From assembly GCA_030524925.1 (NCBI GenBank), contig JAUNFS010000003.1, forward strand, positions 2,146 to 66,145: 64,000 nucleotides of DNA, read 5' to 3'. Made by a program: the position numbers and the translations under genes. Source of the stretch: a bacterium. Lineage in GTDB: Bacteria; Bacillota_I; Bacilli_A; RF39; UBA660. Of this stretch, positions 9,886 to 17,784 are shown one piece after another (the first letter of the stretch is position 1; every line of letters begins with the position of its first letter). Below the pieces are notes generated by a model. The model made no database searches. It saw nothing but the letters and a program-made list of their open reading frames with translations, and was not told where the DNA came from.

Positions 9886-10578
9886 TTAAATTAACTCACA
9901 AATATAAATTGTTTGTGTTTCTTTATCTCCTTTTGTACATGTTATTAATGTTAGTGTATTTTTATTTTTGTTTCTTTTAATAGCAACATCGCCATCTTTA
10001 ATATCTGTATAAATATTACTTATTTTATAGTGATATTCCTTATTATTGTAGGTGATATCGACCAAATCCCCAATTTCTAATTTATACAAATTTTTAAAGA
10101 ATGAAATTGAACTTGTTCCTGAATGGGCTGCTAATATAAAGTTCCCATTTTCAACATCCGGATAATCAGATACTGGAACAATATAGATGTTACGATTTAC
10201 GTTATTATATTTTGAGTCTTTACTAACAAAGCCTCTTTTTAAATCTATTTTAGGAATAGAAATATCACCAATATAGTATTTTGAATAATCAATAGTTTTA
10301 ATAACTGGCGCCTTTTTAGTTGTTGTAGGCACAGTCTCTTTTTCAGGTTCATTTTCACTTGGTGTTTCAGATGGAGTAGTATCTTCTTCTGAATTTACTT
10401 CCTCTTCTTCACTATCGCTTTCTTCAATACTTGCCATAATTTCTTCTAAATATTTTTCATTCATCTCATTAAAGACTTCATATTTTTGACTATTATAGTA
10501 AGTACTTAAAAGTAAGCAAATACCAACAAATGATATTACTACTCCAGATATAATTTTTATTTTAGTTTTCTTTGCCAT
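9886..10578 (-). CDS. sortase family transpeptidase (class uncertain)
   Basis: N-terminal TM, acidic linker, ISIPKIDL, LAAHSG (His), LTLITC (Cys). Start overlaps the adhesin stop by 17 nt. No Arg in the 16 residues after the Cys. Confidence 0.7.
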   Translation of the reverse strand: MAKKTKIKIISGVVISFVGICLLLSTYYNSQKYEVFNEMNEKYLEEIMASIEESDSEEEEVNSEEDTTPSETPSENEPEKETVPTTTKKAPVIKTIDYSKYYIGDISIPKIDLKRGFVSKDSKYNNVNRNIYIVPVSDYPDVENGNFILAAHSGTSSISFFKNLYKLEIGDLVDITYNNKEYHYKISNIYTDIKDGDVAIKRNKNKNTLTLITCTKGDKETQTIYICELI

Positions 10579-12406
10579 TTTTAATTAATACAGCAGCACC
10601 GCCAGCAAGGATTATTCCACCAGCTATATATGTTAATGTACTAGTTAATCCTGTTTTAGGAACTACGATAATTTCAGGTTCTTCCTTTTTGTTATATACA
10701 GTTAAGCTTACTGCATCAACATACTCGCCATTATTTTTAATTTTAATATTGCCTTCATCATCTACACTAAAGTAAATTTTTTCAGTTGTTAATTCATAAC
10801 CACTTGGAGCAGCTTCTTCTGATAAAACATACTCTCCTGCTTCTAATACAATATAACTAGCTGAATTAGTTGTAGTAATTGTAGCTACTGTTTCCCCTTT
10901 GCTATTCTTAATCATTAAGATTGCGCCACTAACATATTCTTTAGTTTCACTATCTAATTTATTAATTTTAATAGACTTTTTATCTTTTAATTCATTAACC
11001 ATTTTAATGTAATCAACTTTGATGAATGTTCCATTTACTTTTTCGTAAACGTTGTTGTTTTCATCAACTTTGAATGTTATAACTGTTTCACTTAATTTAT
11101 AACCTTTTGGTGCAATTGTTTCAGTTAAAGTATATTCTCCTGGTTTTAAATCTACATAATGAGCTGTTGTAGTAGAAACCCATTTATCAATTTCTTTACC
11201 AGTAGAATCTTTTAATACTAATGTTGCACCAGCAATTTCATTTGTACCAGTAATGTCAGTTTTGCTAATTCTAACTTTAGCAATTTTCTTATCTACCATA
11301 GTTACTTTATAAGTACCATCTTGAGCTGTAATATTTACTTTTTGTTTATTAGCAATTAAGTATCCTACTGGAGCACTTTCTTCTACTAAAGTATAAGTGC
11401 CTACTGGAACATCATCAAAATATTTATAATTTGCATCAGTTGTCCAACTTTTATATAGATTAGTTGATGCACAAGTTGTATTTGTACAATCGCCTTTATA
11501 TAAAGCTAGTTTAGCATTTTTTACATAGTTACCACTTTCGTCAACCTTATAAATTGTTAACTTATTATGTTTTTCTTCTTCTTTAGTAATACTAAATGAA
11601 ATATCATCGTCTACTGAATGAGACTCACTATATAATTCACCTAATAATACATACTGATGTGATGAATCATAAAAGTATTCATAAGCATGGTAAGTATAAT
11701 ATACTCCGCTTGCTTCAACTTTAAAGTTTACTGTTGAACCAGCAGCTACTGAACTAACTGGAACAGAAACTTGGAATGAATTACTAGTTTTATTAATAAT
11801 TTGAGCACCACTTGGAGCACCTACTAATTTTAAATTAACTGATTTTACATTTCTTTTAGAAATTGTTATTTCTCCTGAAACATAATTCCCATTGGAAATT
11901 GTAAATTTAGTGTTGCCACTTAAACTTATGCTTCCACTTGTTTGAGAAAATGCTTTTGCACCACTTACTAAATCATAAATTGCTTTTGAAACACTGTTGC
12001 TATTATATGAATTGATGATATTATTTTTAGCAGATGAACTTAAGTTACTAGTTCCACCTACTAAATCTTTAAACCACCAAACTGCAGTTTGCATAATGTA
12101 ATAGTCTACTGTACTATTTCCAGTATTTGGTTCATTATCAATGATGTAAACAAATCCTTGATGAGCTTCACGACTTAATGTCATTGTTGAATTTCTTGGG
12201 AATTTCTTATTTGCTTCTTCACAATAAATTGAAATTCCATCAGCAGTATTCTTAACATATACAGTTGGAACACCACTTACATATGATTTTACTTGTGTAA
12301 TTCCTGTAGTTTTAATAGTGCTTGGAGCACTTGCTGCGGTAACATTTTGAGCTAAGCCAAACATACCTAATACAAAAATTAAAATAGATAAAAATTTCTT
12401 TTTCAT
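10562..12406 (-). CDS. cell-wall-anchored adhesin: N-terminal thioester (TQxA-type) domain, CnaB/SpaA-like repeats, VPKTG sorting signal
   Basis: Signal peptide. IYCEE...DYYIMQTAVWWF (Cys62/Gln106 thioester pair pattern). Three repeats with (E)xAPxGY(x)L. C-terminus is VPKTG, then a hydrophobic stretch, then KNGKEN. Confidence 0.8.
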   Translation of the reverse strand: MKKKFLSILIFVLGMFGLAQNVTAASAPSTIKTTGITQVKSYVSGVPTVYVKNTADGISIYCEEANKKFPRNSTMTLSREAHQGFVYIIDNEPNTGNSTVDYYIMQTAVWWFKDLVGGTSNLSSSAKNNIINSYNSNSVSKAIYDLVSGAKAFSQTSGSISLSGNTKFTISNGNYVSGEITISKRNVKSVNLKLVGAPSGAQIINKTSNSFQVSVPVSSVAAGSTVNFKVEASGVYYTYHAYEYFYDSSHQYVLLGELYSESHSVDDDISFSITKEEEKHNKLTIYKVDESGNYVKNAKLALYKGDCTNTTCASTNLYKSWTTDANYKYFDDVPVGTYTLVEESAPVGYLIANKQKVNITAQDGTYKVTMVDKKIAKVRISKTDITGTNEIAGATLVLKDSTGKEIDKWVSTTTAHYVDLKPGEYTLTETIAPKGYKLSETVITFKVDENNNVYEKVNGTFIKVDYIKMVNELKDKKSIKINKLDSETKEYVSGAILMIKNSKGETVATITTTNSASYIVLEAGEYVLSEEAAPSGYELTTEKIYFSVDDEGNIKIKNNGEYVDAVSLTVYNKKEEPEIIVVPKTGLTSTLTYIAGGIILAGGAAVLIKNGKEN

Positions 12407-12516
12407 ACCAATTTACCCTCTTTCCTAACTCCTTTTTCTTTTTGCGCCATTTATACTACCACAAAACCAGAAAAAAATCAAGTTTTATGGTGCCTACAAG
12501 CGCCTATATGATAGTT

Positions 12517-13404
12517 TTATCTAAAAATATTACTTCTTATAGCACTGTCCATGATAGCTTCATATTCTCCATTAGAAATTGTAAGCCCATAATAAAGTCT
12601 TTTATCAAGAGACATAGCAGAGATTGCTGTAAAAAACTCCCTAAAATCTTTAATAGTATATCCAGCAATGCTAAGCCTATTTAGACTACCAAAATAATAA
12701 AGATTATTCAAAGTTGGTGCATTTGGAAATATGTCTGTACTTTCCTTATATCCATCTAATAATGTATATGCAAGTTCACTGTTTTGATGTCTTCTTACTT
12801 GTGGAATAGGCTTATTTATCATATTAAGTATGCTATTTGTAGTTTTATATGAGTCAATTTCGGCCATTCTTTCAGATGGATCGCTTTTGTAAAACTTTAA
12901 ATATTGATCTTTAAGTGGTTCTACTATGCTTTCAGCTTCTTCTCTACTTAGCCCCCTATTTAACAAATCTAAAGTACTTTTTAAATTTATATAGATTGGA
13001 CTTAATTCTAAAATGCAGGCATCTAAACCATTTTGACCAGTTGCTACCTTCTTAATTTGATTAGCATGTTCTAACTCATGAAGTAATGTTCTAGCAATTA
13101 TAATGTTTCTTATTAAATATACTTCTAATTCATTAAATTTAGGATCAACAAGTTTTAAATAATTTAGCTTGCTTTCTATATTGTCAAAGTCTACTACAAT
13201 ACTTCTATCAACGCTCATATAATAAGCAGCTGTTTTATCAGTTTTAGTTCCTTCTTCACCACGAATGTAATATGCATCTTTGACAAAATCATGTAATTCA
13301 CGATGATTTAAAACGATTTCTAATAATCTATCGCAAAAAGCGTTATCAGCTATCTTACGATTAATAGAATAATCAAATATTAAGGATAATAATTCTTCTT
13401 CCAT
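12517..13404 (-). CDS. hypothetical protein with HExxH zinc-metallopeptidase motif
   Basis: ARTLLHELEHANQ. No signal peptide. No further family recognised. Confidence 0.45.
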   Translation of the reverse strand: MEEELLSLIFDYSINRKIADNAFCDRLLEIVLNHRELHDFVKDAYYIRGEEGTKTDKTAAYYMSVDRSIVVDFDNIESKLNYLKLVDPKFNELEVYLIRNIIIARTLLHELEHANQIKKVATGQNGLDACILELSPIYINLKSTLDLLNRGLSREEAESIVEPLKDQYLKFYKSDPSERMAEIDSYKTTNSILNMINKPIPQVRRHQNSELAYTLLDGYKESTDIFPNAPTLNNLYYFGSLNRLSIAGYTIKDFREFFTAISAMSLDKRLYYGLTISNGEYEAIMDSAIRSNIFR

Positions 13405-13461
13405 ATAAAAACCCCCTTTTTTATGAGGGTTATCATACTATAAAATAAGAAAAAAAGCAAG

Positions 13462-14673
13462 TTATCTTGCACTACGGTAAGATTCACCTGCTACTAATGT
13501 TTTGTTTTTTAAGGTAAATAATTCGGATACAGAGACTACAGCATAGCCTTGCTCAGTTAAAATTGGCATTAATTCTTCTACGGCATTTTTGGTAGTTTCG
13601 TATAAATCATGAAATAGAATAATGTCTCCATCTTGTATGTTTTCTAAAACCATATTTTTAATTTTTTCGGTGTCTCTGCTTTCCCAATCTCTAGTATCTA
13701 AGCTCCAAAGAATAAGTGGAACACTTACTGAGGATTTAATATCCGCATTATAGGAACCATATGGAGGTCTTAAATAAGGCATGTCTGTGCCAGTTATTCC
13801 TTTATATAATTCGTTGTTATCATTTACTTTTCCGAGCATTTTATCAATAGTTAATTTAGTTAATTTTGAGTGATCTATAGTATGATTAGCTATTTCAAAA
13901 CCTCTATTATAGACTTCTTTAACTATGTCCTCATGATTTCTAATATTATAACCTACTTCAAAAAATGTAGCTTTAGCATTATATTTTTCTAAAGTACTAA
14001 TAATATCTAATGTATATTTACTAGGTCCATCGTCAAAAGTAAACGCTACTAACTTTTTATTTTCCAAATCTCTAACTACTTTAGTGGTTGTATAAGGGAC
14101 ATAATCTTTATTTAAATTAAATTTTAAACTAGAATAGTCTTTTACCTCATTATAATCTAGTTTTAAAAAAGTAATATCCCTTTGGTCATTATATTCACTT
14201 AAGTAAATGCTCATATCTTTATCGTTAAACAAGCAATCTATTTCGGCTTTACCTATTTGTTCGTCGGTAATATTTAAATCTAAATTTGCTTTAGCAATAA
14301 TAATTTTATTTCTTAAATCTTCTTCTTTAATAAGATCGTTTAAGTTAACTAAAGAGCCTTCTTTATCAAGCAAAAGTGTATGAACTTTAACTATTTTATC
14401 TTCACTATTAAAAAACTTGAATAAGACTGAGGTATATTTATCAGCAGTTCCTAGTGAATAATTTATTTTATAATTTTCATTTTGATAATCAGTAATATAA
14501 TTTTGAATTATTTCATCTTTCTTATCTTTAAAGTAAGGATAAACAATATCTTTTCCTATTTTCTTTTCACTATATGAATAACTTGAATTATCAAGTCTTA
14601 AAACTATTAAGTTAAGTAAAACTAATACTATTAAAAACGTTCCATATATGATTACACTTTTTTTATTTTTCAT
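13462..14673 (-). CDS. polysaccharide (peptidoglycan) deacetylase, NodB family, membrane anchored
   Basis: N-terminal TM. NodB motifs FTFDDGP, NHTIDH, LRPPYGSYN, ILFHD. Confidence 0.85.
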   Translation of the reverse strand: MKNKKSVIIYGTFLIVLVLLNLIVLRLDNSSYSYSEKKIGKDIVYPYFKDKKDEIIQNYITDYQNENYKINYSLGTADKYTSVLFKFFNSEDKIVKVHTLLLDKEGSLVNLNDLIKEEDLRNKIIIAKANLDLNITDEQIGKAEIDCLFNDKDMSIYLSEYNDQRDITFLKLDYNEVKDYSSLKFNLNKDYVPYTTTKVVRDLENKKLVAFTFDDGPSKYTLDIISTLEKYNAKATFFEVGYNIRNHEDIVKEVYNRGFEIANHTIDHSKLTKLTIDKMLGKVNDNNELYKGITGTDMPYLRPPYGSYNADIKSSVSVPLILWSLDTRDWESRDTEKIKNMVLENIQDGDIILFHDLYETTKNAVEELMPILTEQGYAVVSVSELFTLKNKTLVAGESYRSAR

Positions 14674-14752
14674 GCTACTACTCCATACTTCATCATTATT
14701 ATACCTCTTTTATAAAAAAATAATAGCACTTTTCTTAAAATTTAGTGCTAAT

Positions 14753-14893
14753 TTACTGTTCTTTATAATTTTCAAAAATGGTAGTTACAAGCTGAGCACG
14801 ATTACTAACTATTTTATTTAAAAAGTAAAATAAACCTAAAAAGAAGATAATTAATGATATAAAAATATAACTAAAGATTTTTCTTTTTTTCAT
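14753..14893 (-). CDS. possible 46-aa small membrane protein
   Basis: Own translation: MKKRKIFSYIFISLIIFFLGLFYFLNKIVSNRAQLVTTIFENYKEQ. One TM. Below the track size cut-off. Confidence 0.3.
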   Translation of the reverse strand: MKKRKIFSYIFISLIIFFLGLFYFLNKIVSNRAQLVTTIFENYKEQ

Positions 14894-14982
14894 ACAATCA
14901 CTTACTTTACTTTTTCTTATACTTTAATTATAAACTATATTCATTAAAATTACTATTTTTTTTAATTTTATTTAAAATATTC

Positions 14983-15011
14983 TTGCACAAATATATATGA
15001 TATGGTATATT
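14983..15011 (+). promoter_or_regulatory. candidate sigma-A promoter for the tRNA pair
   Basis: TTGCAC-N17-TATATT ending 12 nt before the first tRNA. Confidence 0.45.
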
Positions 15012-15023
15012 ATTAATTGTCAT

Positions 15024-15100
15024 GGATCTTTAGCTCAGTTGGTTAGAGCATCCGGCTCATAACCGGGCGGTCGTAGGTTCGAGTCCTACAAGATCCACCA
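15024..15100 (+). tRNA. tRNA with CAT anticodon (Met, or Ile2 if lysidine-modified), CCA encoded
   Basis: GGATCTTTAGCTCAGTTGGTTAGAGCATCCGGCTCATAACCGGGCGGTCGTAGGTTCGAGTCCTACAAGATCCACCA. Cloverleaf pairs by eye (acceptor GGATCTT/AAGATCC, anticodon stem CCGG..CCGG, T-arm GTAGG/CCTAC). The body resembles Bacillus tRNA-Ile2(CAU). Confidence 0.9.
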
Positions 15101-15109
15101 TTTTTATTT

Positions 15110-15194
15110 GCGGGTGTGGCGGAACTGGCAGACGCGCTAGACTTAGGATCTAGTGGATTAATCCGTGCAGGTTCAAGTCCTGTCACCCGCACCA
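15110..15194 (+). tRNA. tRNA-Leu (TAG anticodon), long variable arm, CCA encoded
   Basis: GCGGGTGTGGCGGAACTGGCAGACGCGCTAGACTTAGGATCTAGTGGATTAATCCGTGCAGGTTCAAGTCCTGTCACCCGCACCA. 85 nt class II tRNA. Confidence 0.9.
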
Positions 15195-15303
15195 ATTTGT
15201 TTATATACGAACATTACTTATTATTTAGGTGGGTTCGCTACTTATAAATCATTAAAATAGTGTTCGTTAGAACATTATTTTTTTGTTTCTGGGAGGTTTT
15301 GTT

Positions 15304-15969
15304 ATGAAAAGAAGTAAAATTATTATTGAGTTAATTAAGAATGAAATAAGTGTCGTACAAGCAATGGATATTTTAAATTTGTTATTACAAGATATAACGG
15401 ATAAAAAAATAAAGAAATGGCTCTATTGTGAAATTAATGGCTATAATGTTAAAGATAAAGTACCAGAATATAGAATTGTTAAGACTAATTTAAAAGGAAA
15501 TTTTGTTGCTGGCAATTATAAGTGCACAAGCCAAGATATTCCTTTAAAGCCACAATACATTAAAGATTATGCTACTACTAAAATCACTGCTAGCATATAT
15601 GAAATATCACAATTTGCAATAGCCGAGAAAGAAAATAAAAGTCATTCTCTAATAATACCTTTACACGCAGTTATAGCACAAGAGATATCAATGATAAATG
15701 GCGAAGTTATTAGTGCATATAGAGAATTACCACTATATTCACATACGAATATATTAAACAAAATAAAATCAAAATTATTACAAATATTTATTGAGTTAGA
15801 AAAAAAATACGGCAATTTAGATGGTTATTATATTGAATTTGCTAATGATAAAAAAGGAAAAGAAGTGGTTAAAGATATTACAAACATAATATATACGGAT
15901 AATTCGGTACACATAGGCGATGATAACAAGATAGAAAAATCAAATGTAGGTGTTGCAAATGAAAATTAA
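15304..15969 (+). CDS. AbiTii-like abortive-infection protein
   Basis: From ATG 15304, preceded by GGGAGG. N-terminal ...VVQAMDILNLLL...KIKKWLYCEINGYNVKDKVPEYRIVK matches the (W..ELNGY..VPxYR) AbiTii pattern. Asn-rich repeat tail. Confidence 0.55.
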   Translation: MKRSKIIIELIKNEISVVQAMDILNLLLQDITDKKIKKWLYCEINGYNVKDKVPEYRIVKTNLKGNFVAGNYKCTSQDIPLKPQYIKDYATTKITASIYEISQFAIAEKENKSHSLIIPLHAVIAQEISMINGEVISAYRELPLYSHTNILNKIKSKLLQIFIELEKKYGNLDGYYIEFANDKKGKEVVKDITNIIYTDNSVHIGDDNKIEKSNVGVANEN

Positions 15970-16123
15970 AATTGGAAATGGAAATAAAATCAAAAATTCT
16001 AATGTAGGCAAAAATAACAAAATTGAAAGCGAACAAACACCAAATAAAATTTTAATAGATATTTTAGTTGGTCTATTCATAACAATAGTTGGTGGGATAA
16101 TTCTATATTTCATAACAAATTAA
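15959..16123 (+). CDS. 54-aa ORF: repeat continuation plus TM helix, probably the frameshifted C-terminus of the AbiTii-like gene
   Basis: Own translation: MKIKIGNGNKIKNSNVGKNNKIESEQTPNKILIDILVGLFITIVGGIILYFITN. Repeats the IGxxNKIxxSNVG unit of the upstream ORF in the next frame. Confidence 0.4.
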   Translation: MKIKIGNGNKIKNSNVGKNNKIESEQTPNKILIDILVGLFITIVGGIILYFITN

Positions 16124-16140
16124 AACGATTAGTTTGTTTT

Positions 16141-16383
16141 CTAATCGTTTTCTTTTTTTATTAAATCATCTAATGTAACACCTAAAGCAACAGATATTCT
16201 ATAAAAGGTATCAACAGAAAAGTTATAACCGGCTTTATCACTTTGAATTTGTCTTATAAAATCGTGAGATAAATCTACCATTTCAGCAAGTTGCATTGAT
16301 GTTATGTTTTTTTCTTTTCTATATTTTCTAATGTTCTTTCTAATGGTATCGTAGATGTTGGCATCAAAAATTAATTTTTCCAT
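16141..16383 (-). CDS. XRE-family helix-turn-helix transcriptional regulator
   Basis: KNITSMQLAEMVDLSHDFIRQIQS HTH. 80 aa. AGGAGG SD. Confidence 0.8.
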   Translation of the reverse strand: MEKLIFDANIYDTIRKNIRKYRKEKNITSMQLAEMVDLSHDFIRQIQSDKAGYNFSVDTFYRISVALGVTLDDLIKKEND

Positions 16384-16397
16384 AATGTTATCTACCT

Positions 16398-16440
16398 CCT
16401 AACATAATTTTAAAGAAATATATCCAAAAAATATGTTAGG
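16398..16440. promoter_or_regulatory. 9-bp inverted repeat (CCTAACATA / TATGTTAGG), candidate operator
   Basis: Left arm overlaps the SD of the XRE gene. Right arm abuts the -35 of the rightward promoter. Confidence 0.35.
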
Positions 16441-16442
16441 TA

Positions 16443-16471
16443 TTGACTAACAACGATGTATGTGATAAAAT
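16443..16471 (+). promoter_or_regulatory. candidate promoter for the 200-aa membrane protein gene
   Basis: TTGACT-N17-TAAAAT. Confidence 0.45.
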
Positions 16472-16506
16472 TAAGTTATCATTAATAATATGATTTTATA
16501 TATGTT

Positions 16507-17109
16507 GTGAGGTGTTTAAAGGTGAAAAAATTCGGTAATATACTAATTGATATTGTATTGGTACTAGCATTTATAATAACTTGTGCTGGTACATTTGCAG
16601 AAAAAAGTGTTGGTTTTGGTGTTGCCACGATAATTATTATTGTATTGTTTATTTTAAATCTTAAAAAAGGTAATCAAGTTGTAGATAGTAAAGAAGTAAA
16701 AGATTTAGATGCTAAATATACAAATAGCAGTTGGCAAAAAATTGGAAGTTATGAAAATGCTTATCTATATATCAACGAAAATGATAAGAAAGTATTAATT
16801 AACAATCACGAATACAATTTTAAAGATATAATTTCTGCCGAAATAATGGAAAATGAAAAAGAACAAACATATACTGCAACAACTCAAAATGCTATATTCA
16901 CAAGGTCTTATAGTAGTGGTTCAAGAACTTATCATTATTGCAGTAAATTACAAGTAAAAATCGTTCTAAATTCAATAACTAGTCCACAAGAATATATTAC
17001 TTTTATAAGTAAAAAGACAAATAAAAATAGTAATAAATATAAAAGTGCTTATGATATGGCACAAAAATTCATATCAACTTTGCAAGTTATTATTAAGAAT
17101 AACCAATAA
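16507..17109 (+). CDS. two-TM membrane protein with C-terminal globular domain (element cargo)
   Basis: Two TM helices, then a ~130-aa soluble domain. Alternative GTG start at 16522 after GAGGTG. No family recognised. Confidence 0.5.
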   Translation: MRCLKVKKFGNILIDIVLVLAFIITCAGTFAEKSVGFGVATIIIIVLFILNLKKGNQVVDSKEVKDLDAKYTNSSWQKIGSYENAYLYINENDKKVLINNHEYNFKDIISAEIMENEKEQTYTATTQNAIFTRSYSSGSRTYHYCSKLQVKIVLNSITSPQEYITFISKKTNKNSNKYKSAYDMAQKFISTLQVIIKNNQ

Positions 17110-17140
17110 ATTAAGTCGTAAAGGCTTAATTTTTTAATTC

Positions 17141-17350
17141 TTATATATAAATGAAAATATATTTATCACTATTGTATTTATTAAAAATATAATCTTGAAG
17201 ATTTGCAATATTATTAAACTTTTTCCCTTTTTCTTCATAATTACTTATTATATACAAATTATTATTTCTAATTATAATGAATACTCCGGGATGCTTTTTA
17301 TCTAAAACTTTACTTTCTATTTTTGATATTCTTCTTTCTAGTGTATTCAT
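17141..17350 (-). CDS. hypothetical small protein (element)
   Basis: 69 aa. ATGA overlap with the upstream HTH gene. Confidence 0.4.
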   Translation of the reverse strand: MNTLERRISKIESKVLDKKHPGVFIIIRNNNLYIISNYEEKGKKFNNIANLQDYIFNKYNSDKYIFIYI

Positions 17351-17730
17351 TTTATATCAAGCCTTTCTTCTATATTATCAATTCTTTTTAATAATTCTAA
17401 TTGTTGATACTGCAAAATTCTATCTAATATAAAAGTAGATGCCTTTAATTGATTATTTTCATTTTCTGCATTATCAAGTATTGATAACAAATTATTTAGA
17501 GCCTTATCGCCTAAAGTATGCAATTTTATTTCTATACTTTGCAAGGCTTGTATTCTTAAATCAATTAATAGTTGTTTGAATACTGGGTCAGTTCGCCATC
17601 TATAAATTGTGTTTTCATCAACTCCAATTTTAGAGGCAACTACTTTGTTATTATCGCCAATTAAAAGTAAAGATAAAGCAGTTTGCTGTTTATCATTTAA
17701 TTTTTTAAAATTCTCTACAAAATTAGTCAT
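17347..17730 (-). CDS. small HTH protein (terminase-small-subunit-like / phBC6A51-type)
   Basis: LLLIGDNNKVVASKIGVDENTIYRWRTDPVFKQLL, an HTH followed by a coiled-coil tail. Confidence 0.5.
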   Translation of the reverse strand: MTNFVENFKKLNDKQQTALSLLLIGDNNKVVASKIGVDENTIYRWRTDPVFKQLLIDLRIQALQSIEIKLHTLGDKALNNLLSILDNAENENNQLKASTFILDRILQYQQLELLKRIDNIEERLDIK

Positions 17731-17784
17731 TTTCTATCATATCCTTTCATTAGTGTATTATTTGTAGAAAATGTAGTTATTGTA

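Noticed and set aside
9081-9980. Track ORFs 9081-9311 (+) and 9666-9980 (+)
   Set aside because: Both are antisense to the 266-aa membrane protein gene and the sortase 3' end, with hydrophobic mirror-frame artefacts.
15024-15194. Direct repeat of the tRNA-Leu 3' end marking a tyrosine-integrase-type att site
   Set aside because: I looked for a copy of GGTTCAAGTCCTGTCACCCGCACCA between 22200 and 23060 and saw none. No tyrosine integrase is present either.
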